Source: Eledone cirrhosa | Lineage: Eukaryota | Length of the DNA: 64,000 nt | Direction: 5' to 3' | Assembly (NCBI GenBank): GCA_964016885.1 | Contig: OZ024743.1 | Location: 19,406,001-19,470,000, forward strand | Shown: positions 36,561 to 48,786 of the stretch, one piece after another | Layout: each line of letters opens with the position of its first letter | Numbering within the stretch: position 1 is the stretch's first letter | Notes under the pieces: model-generated | Seen by the model: only the letters and a program-made list of their open reading frames with translations | What the model was told of the DNA's origin: nothing | Databases searched by the model: none | Translations under genes and position numbers: made by a program

Positions 36561-38488
36561 TTACCTTACTTCTCGTAGAGGAAGGATGGTTTGCCTATCC
36601 TTTGCACTGCTTGTGGCCTCCTCCGGAAGGATGTCCTTATAAATCCTCCTGGAGAGTGTTTGTCGGAAGTCTCCGATGTCTTTGGGGAATTGTTGTTTTA
36701 GTGTCGTGTACGTTTTCTGTGCGATGCGAGTGATTTGAATGTGTGGAGGTGGTGTTCACTTTGGGGTTGTTGTGTAGTCTTTTTATGTGATGCTGGTGTT
36801 GTGTTGCATGTAGTGTAATAATTGGTTGTTGTTCAAATTTAATGCTGTGTAGTGTGTATCGTTTTGGTTGTTTTGTTTTGTTTGCGTTTGTTGTGGGTTT
36901 GTTTCTGTTACGCTTTTTGGTGACTTTTGTGGTGTTGGTGATGGTGGTGTTGGGGTTAATGATGGTGAACTGTTGGTGTTTGTGGTGATGGGGTTGGTGA
37001 TGCTGGTGTGGATGGTGGCATACCTGTCTTAACTTTCTTGTTCGATAATTTATTTGTTTCCCTCTGTATTTTGTTTTTGGAGGGGGAAGGAAGAGAATTT
37101 TTTCTTTTTTGGTTTCTTTTTTTTCTTTTTTCCTGATACTCGTTGTCACAATCTGTCTCCAGTTGCGATAAGCTGGGGAGTGGAAAATCCTCCACAGGCG
37201 TTGGGTTTGGTTGTGGTGTGGTGGATGGTGTAGGCGCTGGTGCTAGTTCTGGGGCGTTGAGTGGTGGTGGTGTTGCTTTTGCTACTGTTGCTGGGGTTGT
37301 TACTGTTACAGTTGCTTCTGTTGTTGCTGCTACAGTTGTTGCTGCCATTTCTGCTGCTGGTGGTGTTGATCGTTGAGTCACTGGGGTGGGTAAGAGACGT
37401 GGCCCCAACCTTTTAACCTCCTGATGGCAGAAAGCCCCTAGGTGGGTACTTCACCACAAACGACAAACCTAGGTCTTCTGCCCTCGACGATTACGGTGAG
37501 GTGGCGCCGTCAGTGAGGTCTATTACCTCTGGGATCTCCTCAATGCTTTTATGGTCCGCTTGGATCAGGAGCTCCATCCCAGATCCGCACCAGTTTTGCT
37601 ATTTCCATTTTGTTTTGCTATTTCTGTTATTTTGGTGTTGGCCTCGATGCCAGCGAGGACGGCAGCCATTAGCCAGGGAATTTCGATGGCTGGTGGAACG
37701 TGGGTCACCCTGATCTTCACAAGTCTCTGGCCACAATAGCTTGGGATGAGTGTGAAGTCGCCACTTCTTAATGGGGCCATGGAGTGTTCTCTAGCCTCCT
37801 GTGGTGTTTCAAAGAACACGCCCACGGTTCCATACTTCTGCCCACGTCTGATGTGGGGTTTTTTTGCCCACACATGTCCCAAAGCTTTTTGGATTTGGGA
37901 CTCGGATGCCCGTTCCACTCGGCGCGATTTTATGTTAATTGTCCGATAAGATACGGTGCATAGGCGACGTTGCTCCATTTGATTAGGTGATGGGTGAGGC
38001 TGACCCTGTACTCATCTTTCTTTACCATTCCTTTGGCTTCTTCTAATTCATCCTGAGTTACCTGGATCGCTTCGCACGTTTTTGCTACTCTGACAAAACT
38101 CAGGGTAGTTTTCTTAATTTCATTGTTGCTGTTGTTGTTATCGTTATTTTTGCTATTGTTAATTTTAGTTTCAGTTGTGGTGGTGTGGCGTCAGTGGTGT
38201 TCGGTGTGGAAGAGTTCATTTTGGTTGAATTCATTTCAATATCACCAGTTAATTTATTTTTTTCTTTTGTTTCTGTTGTCGCTGTGGTGGTGGTCGGGGT
38301 GGTGGTGGTGGTGGCGGGTTAACACCTGCAGTCATTGGTAATGGCGGGAAATGAACGTCTACCTGAGACTATTTTAAAATAGTGCTAATGCTTACAATTC
38401 CAGTGTTGGCAAACGTAGCAATATTTACAATGGTGTTGTCGGTGTGAGGTGTTGGATTGTGAGGAAGGAGTGACTCTGAGTCATCCAT
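36561..38488 (-). pseudogene. ORF1 of copy E
   Basis: Frameshifted homologue of G ORF1 (YRTINIKSRRVERASESQIQKAL). Confidence 0.82.
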
Positions 38489-38702
38489 GATTTTTCAAAG
38501 AAAATTTTTGTTTGATAATTATAAAAAGTTTAAATTTTGGGCTCAAGGCCCCAATATGTTTGAGTGTCCTTTTCGGAAATCAATGTATGTGCACTTATAT
38601 ACACTTAACAATAAAAATGTTTCATAAATGGCAATTTTAAACAACTGAAAATAACAAACCTTTGCGGAGCTCACGATGATACGATTTACTACGTAGGTCG
38701 CC

Positions 38703-38723
38703 AATAATAATAATAATAATAAT
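38703..38723. repeat. (AAT)7 between E 5' end and Dong1 5' end
   Basis: direct reading. Confidence 0.95.
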
Positions 38724-41700
38724 ATGATTTTTACTTATTTAAAACAACTGTGATAGAATAATTCTTATTACAAATGAAGTATTATATTACAGTTGAACGC
38801 TCACTTTACGGCATAGGGCCCCAATATTTAATATTTAATTTAGGATCAGAAATGTTATAGTCGAAAAAGAGAAAAATTGCAACACCACCACCGCCACCAT
38901 CACCACTACCACGCCAAAAACTCTAGTCTAGTTACCTCAACTTCTATTTCTACTTCAACTTGAACACCATCACTACAGTACTACGATCACATCACCACCA
39001 CCACTGCCTCATTATCGCTACCACCGCTATTCTCTCCCACTACCTCCTGCTAAGACATGCATCGTAGTACCCCCACTAAAAGAGGAAGGCATCAAAAGAT
39101 ATAAATAGACTGATTTGATGACCCGGTCAAAAATCAATAAAACAAAAATCAAAATCAAAACAAAACAGCACAGCAGCAACGAAAAACGTAAAGAAAAGAA
39201 AAATGAAAAGAAAAACAAACAGACAGACAAAGAAGAAAAAAAAAAAACTAAGTCAGACATTCAAACACATTACAATGAATCTTATGCTTACTCTTTTTGG
39301 GGTTTTTTTTACCTATTTGTTTGTTTGATTATTTATGTTCGTCTACAGCGTGATAGTGCCACACTAAAACAACCGGAGGTGATGAAATCACCGCTGGTTA
39401 TGTAACCATGCATTCACCACGCCTCGATAAGAGAGTTTAAATGTCGAACCTAAACAGTTGGAATAACGGTGAAGTGGAGACTGGAATGTCATGTGACAGA
39501 CTCTCATCCAGCCGGTGCTCCCTGGCTCAGCAGCAGGGACCTGGCTGTCAACCAAATACTGCTGGTGTCGGAGGAAGAAGAAGAAGGAAAGGGACCAGAA
39601 CCAACTGGACGAAAGAATTGAATAGAACTGTTATGCAATGTTACCTGAAGTGTAACCCCAAGGAGACAGACTATAGGAAACGGATGCATAACATCTGGAA
39701 CGATATTGGTCTATTTAAATTAGATGAACAAAAATTGGCCGGGCACGCTCGGGTAATAAGAATTAATGGGTGGATAAGCGAGCTGGAACTGGAGGAACTG
39801 AGCAGAGAGATTAGGTTGGTAATGGAGAGTGGTGTATGCCAGACAAAAGAGCCAGTGGGAAATGAAGGTGAAGAGGTTGAGAGAACAGAGGAACCATCCG
39901 AAGCAGACAATGATCTGAATGCTGAAATAAATAATACCTGGAACAAAGAACGGCCATTGAAGAGATGAATGCTGACGGGCTAGGACAAGATTTGGTTGAT
40001 ATCCTAAACTTAGTGTTAGATGAATTGAACAATGATAGTGGGAAACCTATGAACCTAAGATTTGTAGACATGAAAAAGTTAAAAGAAACAACAGCTAAGG
40101 TAGACAAAGTCATCTCATACCTTGAGGCGAGGAGCCTTCACCAGTACAACAATATCCTCAAAGCAACAGCAAATGCCGTGAGGAAATTACTTGGCATAAA
40201 AGCGAGAGGAAACAACAAACAAGAAAGATCAGAACATTGGTGGAAGAAACGACTGAATGGTCAAATCAAGGAAATAAGAAAAGACATTGGAAAGCTTGAG
40301 TCCCTACTGAATGGGACACTAAAAAACATACACACAAAAAAGACTGGAAATAAAGTACAAAACTAGGAGGAAAATGCTAAATATTATCATAGAGGAACTG
40401 AAGCAACGCATTGTAACAAAGAGTGCAAACATTAGGCGATACGAGAACAGAGTCTGTCAGTATAGACAGAACCGCATGTTTTACAACAACCAGAAGATGT
40501 TGTTTGGATAGTTTGAAAGGAAAGAAAGAGGCAACGACTTGATCCCTGAGGCGGAACAAAGTAAGACATTCTGGAGAGGAATATGGGATCAGGATGTTAA
40601 ACATAATGACCAGGCAGTGTGGATTGAGACAGTACAAAAGGAGATTAGTGAACAGGCACACCAACATACTGATTTTAGTATCACAGTTGAAACTCTTAAG
40701 GGGCAGGCCAAAAAGCTAACCAACTGGAAATCACCAGGCCCACATGGTGTGCAAAATATAACATGGTGTGCAAAATATAACATCCCTCCACCCGAAACTG
40801 ACAACCATGTTCAATGACTGCTTGATGTCAGGTGAGGTACCAGAGTAGTTGACAAAAGGTACCACAGTTCTGGTAATGAAAGACCGAATCAAGGGTAATG
40901 ATGTTACCAATTATAGACCTATCACATGTCTGTCCGTAATGTGGAAACTGTTGTCAAGCATTATGTCTGAGGAAATCTACCATCACCTTCACACAAACAA
41001 CTTGTTACCGGACGAACAGAAAGGATGCCGAAAGAAGTCCCGTGGTACAAAGGACCAGTTACTTATTGATAAGATGGTAATGAGGAATTGCAAGAGGAGA
41101 CACACTGGTCTTGCCATGGGATGGATAGACTACAAAAAGGCATTTACCATGGTGCCTCATTCTTGGATCACCAAAATCCTAGAGATCTTCAAGGTGGCAG
41201 ATAACATCAGACAGTTGTTGGGCAAAAGTTTACAGTCCTGGAAAACAGAGGTAACATCGGCTGGAAAATCCTTGGGAGCCGTGAAGATCAAGAGAGGTAT
41301 CTTCCAGGGAGATAGTCTGTCCCCTCTGTGTTTGTCCTTGCCCTGATGCCCCTGACCATTATACTGCGAATAGTTAGAGCAGGATATAAGTTGGGAAAGG
41401 GAGAGCTTACCACCAATCACTCCCTCTTCATGGACGATCTTAAGCTCTTCGGGAGTGAGAAGGAGTTGGATGTGCTTGTTGACACTGTCCGTATTTTCAG
41501 CAATGATATATGTATGCAATTTGGTATTAGTAAGTGTGGAGTCCTTGTGATGAAGAGGGGTAAAATGAGCAGAAGCAACGGAATCCAGGTACCAACTGGT
41601 GAGATGATAAAGGAAATTGACACTGAAGAAGGATACAAGTATTTGGGTGTTCTGGAGGCCATAAAGAACAAAAAAATGAAGGAATTGATAAGATCTGAAT

Positions 41701-42932
41701 ACATTCGGAGAGTAAGGATCGTATTAACATCAAAGCTTAACAGTAGGAATGCCATAAGTGCAGTAAATTCCCGAGCTGTGTCTATTATTAGGTACAGTGC
41801 GTGAATTCTGAGATGGAATGTTGATGAACAAAAAGAAATGGATAGGAAGACTAGGAAGCTATTGACTATCTACAACATGTTCCACAAGAGGAGTGATGTT
41901 GATAGACTCTACTTAAGGAGATCTGAGGGTTGAAGAGGTCTTATCAGCATAGAGGACTGTGTTCATATGGAGAAAAACAACCTACACAAATACGTGACTG
42001 ATAGTAAGGAGCCAATGCTCAGAATTGTACTGAAGGAGAGGACAATAGACCAGGGGATGTCCAAGGAGGAAATAACAACAAGGAGAAAGAGCAGCCTTCA
42101 TGAAAAATCCCTACATAGTACCTTCTTTGAGAAAACTGAATTCAGAGATCCACAGACATGGAACTGGTTGAAAAGAGGAGTCCTTAAAAAGGGGACACAA
42201 GGAATGCTAATGGCTGCGCAAGAGCTGGGACTCAAAACGAAGTGGCTGAAACACCATATTTACAAGGAGGAGGCTAGCCCACTGTGCAGGATCTGTGGAG
42301 AGAGAGAGAGGAGACTGTGGCTCACATTGTATCCGAGTGTAAATACCTAGCGCAGACTCACTATAAAGACTGGAGACATGATGTGATAGGCAGGGTGATC
42401 CACTGTCACCTATGCAAAGTAAACAATTTACCACATTCTGAGAAGTGGTATGATCATAAGCCATAGTCGGTGATAGAAAACGATCAGGTGAAGGTGCTAT
42501 GGGATTTTAGGATACAGACGGACAAGAAATTGGAACACAATAGGCCTGACCTGGTTGTTTTGGACAATGAAAAAAGATCGTGCCTGATTGTAGATGTAGC
42601 CTGCCCATTTGACACGAGATTGCTAGAAAAGGAGAGGGAGAAAATTAACCGATACCAGGGCTTAAAGTGGGAGGTAAAAAGGATTTGGAACTGCCATGAA
42701 GTCAGAGTCATCCCGATTATCATAGGCGCACTAGGTACTATCTCAAAGAGTTTCCAAGGATGGTTAAAGAAAATTTGTCCAGCCCCGCCTTTTGGAAAAC
42801 TTCAAAAGGCATGCTTGCTGGGAACAGCAAGAACCCTCCGATACGTTCTGAATATCTGAGGCTGCATGTAGTGGCTTGATATTCATTTCAACACACTTTC
42901 CAGTTAAATAACATCAATGAATGAGACTCAAA

Positions 42933-42933
<1 letters not shown>
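38724..42933 (+). mobile_element. R4/Dong-clade RLE non-LTR retrotransposon (Dong1), apparently full length
   Basis: Single-ORF layout; (AAT)n on both sides; 5' region homologous to 56138-57100. Confidence 0.88.
39441..42859 (+). pseudogene. Dong1 ORF: RT, CCHC, restriction-like endonuclease
   Basis: RTNWTKELN..MQCY; YRPITCL; IDYKKAF; IFQGDSLSP; FMDDLK; CRICGEREETVAHIVSEC; RHD; RPDLVV..VDVACPFD..EREKINRY; several stops and frameshifts. Confidence 0.92.

Positions 42934-42978
<45 letters not shown>
42934..42978. repeat. (AAT)15 shared by Dong1 3' end and F 3' end
   Basis: direct reading. Confidence 0.97.
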
Positions 42979-42979
<1 letters not shown>

Positions 42980-43066
42980 GTTTCCTTATTGGCCACAAGC
43001 GCTGACACGAAGTAAAACATTAGAGACCAGGGCAAGCGCCATCTCTCACTTTTCCCACTCCTCAGT

Positions 43067-46000
43067 CTACAGGCGTATACTCAGAGCGGGCCTGTTCACT
43101 CGGACTAACTTGCCACTTTCACCCACATTTCAACAAACTTACTAGAAGGCAGTACTTGCCTCTGCACCCTGATTTTGCTCTTCAAGTGAAACTTGAAAAA
43201 GTTATTCAGGGATTGGCCGCAGAGAAAAGTTTCCGTCTTCAACCCTTTCAATCTTGTCCACCACACAATCTCTTTCGCCATGGACACCAGGCAGATTAAA
43301 ACTGCCTGCCCTTCCTCCACTTTAAAGGATGATGGCGGCGCTACCTGCACAATGGACTCAGTCGGTAACAGGATCCGTCCTACATGCGACAGCAGCTGTT
43401 CGACATAGCTCCACAAGTCAGCAATCCTCGGGCAATGAGCGAGTGTGTGCAGGACGGTTTCGTTTCTGCGCGCATCTCGGACAGGCTCGGCTGACAGTAC
43501 CTCCGTGCCTGTAGAGCTTATCCCGAACCGGCAACGCTGCGCGGTAGAACTGCCAGTTTAGAGATTTCTGGAAGTTGTCCATAGGCCCCGGTCTGAAAGT
43601 TCTCTTGAAGAGAGCGAACAGCTGATCGTCTTCGACGCCCAGGGTCTTCCCGAGAACGTCGTCGCTCATTCCCGCTACTAGCCCTCTATAGAACTCCGAG
43701 GTGGTTGTTCCACCGATACTAGGGCCCAGCCTGTAGAGGGCGGTGAGCGCTTGGAGACATTCTAGCTTCCAAGCGCTATCCCTCGGTCTTTTCCTGATCC
43801 TGGACTGCAGCTCCGTCAAGGAGACGAGCTGGAGGAAAAGCGCGTCTGGTAAACGGCGACCACACTTGTTCACCGTCAAGGAGGCACCAGAGATGTCGCA
43901 GCCTCAGCGCATGCTTGCGTATCATCAGCCACGGCATGCCTAGTCCTGCACGCAACGGGTGTTGACAACAAACGGATCGTCTGACCATGGGAGAACGCCT
44001 CTTCCACATAAAGCGGAAGAGAAGGCACTCCCTTTTGCTCAGAGTTGGGTGGGGGCAAGGTATGAGGGTCAGGCGGTAGCAGATGACGGACGCTATGTAC
44101 GCATTCGTCATCTCCGCCAGACCTTTCAGAGACAGCCTCCTCTCGGCCCATTTCTGGGTGAGAGATGCCACTCTGTTGGTCACCTCGCTCCAGTCTTTCT
44201 CCATCTGGAGGTCCGGACCGAACCAGACCCCAAGAAATTTAACCGGCCCTTCCGTCCAGCGCCCCACGACGCTGTCGGACGGCATGGACTTTGCTCTACA
44301 GGTGCCGAGTTGCAAGCTCACCGACTTTTCCTGATTTATCTCTGCTCCTGTCATCGCTTCGTATTCCTTGAGGGCGATGCCGAGCATCTGGACGTGTTTG
44401 GTGCTCGACACCACCACGGTGACGTCGTCGGCATGAGCAGTTAGCGTGGGAACCCCCCTCATTGTTTCGAATTTGTGTAGTAAAGGCTTTAGGGCCAGTA
44501 CGTAAAAGAGGGACGAGAGGGGTCAACCCTGCCGGACTGAGCGCATGAAGCTGAAAGGCTGCGACAGGTGACCATTCAGCCTCACAATCGAGCAGATGTC
44601 GTAGTGCATCGCAGCGATCCAGCCCCTAAAACGGGCCCGAAGCCGGCCGCCTCGAGCACCGCAGCCAGGTACCGATGGTCGACCCTATCAAATGCTTTAG
44701 ATTGATCCATGTTGATCAGGGCCCCACCCGTGCCAGGATCCTTAACCACCCTCTCTATGATTATCGCATGAGATGGAGGTTGTCATGGATGGATCTGCCC
44801 GGGATGGCGCATATCTGCGTCTCTCCCACCAGATCACCGACGACAAGCGCCAATCTCTGTGCTAACACCTTGGCCAAAATCTTCAACTCTACGTTTAGCA
44901 AAGCCATGGGCCTGAAGTTGTCTATAACGTCCCCCTTGTCCGGGTCTTTACCCAGCAGCGCCACCGCTCCCTGGCTCACAAAACTCAGAATGCTCGCGTT
45001 CTGCTGTCAGTTGCAGTAGACATCTGCCAAGAGGTCGCCTAACAAGTCTGGCATATACGCATAAAGCTCGAAGGGCAGACCATCCAAACCTGCGATTTAC
45101 CCCTCGTGCAGACACACATCGCGCCCCGTATTTCACCTGCTGTTATCGGCTTTTCGCAGCACTGCGCTGCGGTCGTGGAGAGCCGCGGCAGCCCGTCGCG
45201 GTATGCACCGAAGTCATACTCCGAACCGGCCCGCCGCCGCTCCCTAACAATTGAGCAAAGTCCTGTTGAAAAGCCGCACACATCTGCTCGGATCCGAGCA
45301 ACATGCGCCCGTTTTGATCAGGCAAAGCCCGACTTGTGGACTTGTTTCCACGTCGCGCCACTGCCACCCGAGCTCATTGAACGGCTTTCGTCCCCTCGTG
45401 TCTTAGAGCACGCGTTCTAACTCTGACAACACAGCCTTAATGCTTTGAGTTGAAGAATTGGCCGAGTGCCAATCTCGCCGCAAGCACGTTGGTTGCGATG
45501 CCTGTCCTAAACACCTCTTCTAGCTATCTTACTAACTCTCCCTCTACTCTATTTTCCCCTATCACTACTCCTTTGCTAAACCTTATCGATTCTACTCTAA
45601 TAGCCCTTTTCAGGGTAAACCACCACCTGTTGTTGACGATCGCACTCGTCAACGAACCCTTAACTAATTGGCTAATCCGGTCTCTGTAAGCTTTGCACGC
45701 CGGGAAAGAGGCGTTCAGCTTCCAGAAGCCGGGCCCTTGCCTATGGAGTCTATCCAAGTCAACTTCACATATCAAAAACGTGTGGTCCGTGTAGTGGACT
45801 ACTTTAAATTGTGGACAACCTACACTAGCCTTATCTGTTTCCCTTCAGAATACCTCATCTGTATACGATCTGGATGACCCGTTGCGGTTTCACCATGTCC
45901 ACATTGGCACATTCGGATAATCCAGTCTATACCTGTCAGACAGTTCAAAACGTCTAAGCAGGTTGTTGAGGCTTTTACCCTCACCTGCCCTGTCTACTAG

Positions 46001-46460
46001 CCCCACATAATCCCAGCATGCATCTAAGATACCGTTCTATTCGCCTACTAACACTAAAGAGCGGTACGTTCCAAGAAAGGTCACAAGACGTCTGAAGAAA
46101 TCTGGCAGTCCTGCTCCTGTTGGGGCGTAGACGGCTACTATCCTGAAAGCATTGCCTTCGCTGCCGTCACGTCCAGCACCACCGACATAGCTTCTGGGTC
46201 CAGGAAGATGGCCCGTATAGCGAGATCCAAGCCTCTCCGAAAAAACACGGCAAACCCTCCTCCCGATCCTGGACGACTGGGAGATGCGTATACATCGTAG
46301 CCGCCGAAGATAGGTGCGAAGGATCGTGCTTAGTAGATTCTAGTTTCGCTGATGGCCACCAGATCTATGTTTAGTGACCTGAGGTCGTTGAGCAGGTGAC
46401 GCTGCTCCAATATGACCCCAGGCCACGCATATTTATACTGCTTCTTCTAAGTACGGCCAT
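43067..46460 (-). pseudogene. ORF2 of copy F
   Basis: NFRPMALL, HADD, WFGPDLQ, MDNFQKSL, CPRC; many frameshifts. Confidence 0.88.
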
Positions 46461-46494
46461 GTTGGCTGAGAAACGGGGTAAATGAGAAAGGATC

Positions 46495-48059
46495 ACTTTC
46501 CTTGATCGTGTGGCGAAGGGACAGTAGAACCGTCTCTTTGGCTGGTCATGGGTGTTTCCAAGAGGATGTCGGTGTATATCCTCTTGGTAACCGACGCTCT
46601 GAAGTCTCCAACTGCGTTGGTGAATTTTTGTTTTAAAAGTTTGTAATGTTCTATTGAGATTTCAATGGTAATTATGTTTGTCGGCAGAGTTCTTGGTGTG
46701 GGTTGGGTGTAGTAGTTTTTTTCTGTGAAGTTTATGGGTGTATACTTTTTGGGGAGAGGGGTGATTTTGTTGCTGTTTTCTTGTTGTTGCTGTTGGGTGT
46801 GTGTGTGTTTTGTTGTGTTTGCGATGTTGGTGTTTTTGGTGATGCTGGTGGTGGTGTGGTTGTTGTTGGTGGTGATGCCTGTGGTGGTGAGGGTGATGGT
46901 GGTGGTGTTGCTGCAAGTCTCCTTGCAGCCTTTACCCCTCTTTGTTTGCCTTCACTTTTGGAGGGTGAAGCTAAGGGGTTTTTCCTCTATTGTTTCTTGT
47001 GGCAGACCGTTTGCCACTTCCCCCCGCTTCATACTCCATGTCAGATTCCGTGGCACCTGGGAGCGGTATGAGCTCCTGCTGCTGATGGTGGTGGTAGTGG
47101 AGACCGCACCGGCAATTTTGCCGCCGGTGTGGCTACTGCGACTGTTGGTGTTGCCGCCACTGCTGCCGCTGCTTTAGTTGTCCGTGGCCTTGGTATGGGT
47201 GCCACGGACGTTGCCCTCCTACTCACCATGGAAGGTTCTTCTGTCTCTGTTGCTTGCCCTGCTCTTGGCGTCGGAAGGAGGGCCCTCTTCTTGGCTGCTT
47301 CTGCGGGCAGAAGGAGCTGAGGTGACCCTTCTGCCCACAGAGATAGCACTTTGAGCGCCTTCCTTCCACGCTTATATGGAGTTGACGCCCTTCTTCGAGG
47401 ACCATGATGCCTGGGATAGCCTCGATTCACTCCTGGTCAGTCTGTATTAGCATGCCTAATCCTGACCAGTTCTCTCTACCCATTCTCTGTATTTGCAGTA
47501 TGGTGGTCTTCTCCTCGATTCCAGCCAGTATAGACGCGGCCAGCCAAGTTATGGGTACGTCGAGTGGGACCTGGGTCACGTTGACACTCACAATTTTCTG
47601 CCCGCAGTAGGAGGGCACCAAGACTATGTACTCACTCTTTAGGGTTTCCAAAGTGTGAGACTTCGCCTCTTGGCGAGGTGGCGAAAAGTACGTCTACTGG
47701 GGCGTACTTTTTGCCTTGGGTGATGTGGGTTTTGTTGGTTATGTTTTTTGTGCTACCGTTGTTGTTTTCGGTGCAATGTGTATTGTTGTTGTTGCAGTTG
47801 TCATTGTTTATTTTCTTGTTAGTGATGTTAATATCGTTGTTGCATTTGTTGTCATTTTTTTCTGTTGTCTGTATTTTGGTTGACGCTGTCATGTTTGTAG
47901 TTGGTGTGGTCAATTTTTTTAATTCGTGTTCTCAGTGTTGTCTTTATTCACGTTGTTTGTGGTGGTGTTTGTTGTATGAATTTCACTAACCTTCCTCTCA
48001 ACTTTTACGCCGTTGTCACACGACAGCAGACATATTGCTGGGAGGCGTGTCTCAGCCAT
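46495..48059 (-). pseudogene. ORF1 of copy F with internal deletion
   Basis: EGRRSKCYLCGQKGHLSSFCP knuckle; PSYCGQ motif as in E/G. Confidence 0.78.
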
Positions 48060-48273
48060 ATTTTTGGGGTTGTTTTTTTTCAAAAGTACAATGTTCAAAT
48101 ATTGTTCAAATATGTGGGTCAAAAGGCCCAAAATATTATACTTTCCCCTTCAGAGGGCAAAGTTCAAGGGGTTATATCCCTTACACAAGAAAAATTTAAC
48201 AAATAATTATAACAGGTAAATAAAGGGAGCGATCAAAAAGACGTCCAATCAGACAAATAATAATAATTATAAT

Positions 48274-48490
48274 GGTTCCTCATATAGGCACAAGGCCAGC
48301 AATTTTAGGGAGGAGAAAGTCGATTAAATCGACCCCAGTGCCTGCCTGGTACTTTATTTTATCGACCCCTTAAGGATGAAAGGCAAAGTTAACCTCGGCG
48401 GAATTTGAACTCAGATAATATGGGGCCTTAACTCTATGCTGCAAAGCATGGAGACCGACCCTCTACCTATACTGCCAATCCACTGCTCTC
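48274..48490 (-). mobile_element. full-length SINE embedded in the AAT array
   Basis: Head with B-box GAGTTCAAATTCC, central TTGCCTTTCATCC..GGGGTCGATAAAATAAAGTACC, tail GGCCTTGTGCCTATATGAGGAACC-ATT. Confidence 0.88.

Positions 48491-48545
<55 letters not shown>
48491..48545. repeat. (AAT)n at G 3' end
   Basis: direct reading. Confidence 0.97.
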
Positions 48546-48546
<1 letters not shown>

Positions 48547-48786
48547 TTTTCTTTATTAACCACAAGGGTTTACATAAAGTAGACATTAAGGACAGTACAG
48601 GACAATACAGGACGGTACAAATGGGCATTTCTGCGTGTAAAAAAAACAGAGGATGAAATAAAATAAAGAAAAGTTCCCCAATAGGGGGGAGACTTCCGAG
48701 GGACATTTGTGGAGAAAGCCCGTTAAAAGACAACAGTGGCCCTGACCACCAGGGCAAGTGCCCTCTCCCAGTTTTCCACCTTTAAT

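Larger units (their letters stand above)
32853..38702 (-). mobile_element. Tx1-clade LINE copy E, full length, in (AAT)n
   Basis: 5' end GGCGACCTACGTAG identical to copy G; 3' end CCCTTGTGGTTAATAAAGAAATC; (AAT)n both sides. Confidence 0.93.
42979..48254 (-). mobile_element. Tx1-clade LINE copy F (distinct subfamily, more decayed)
   Basis: 3' end CGCTTGTGGCCAATAAGGAAACC; 3'UTR shortened relative to E/G; 5' end next to AAT run 48255-48273. Confidence 0.88.
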
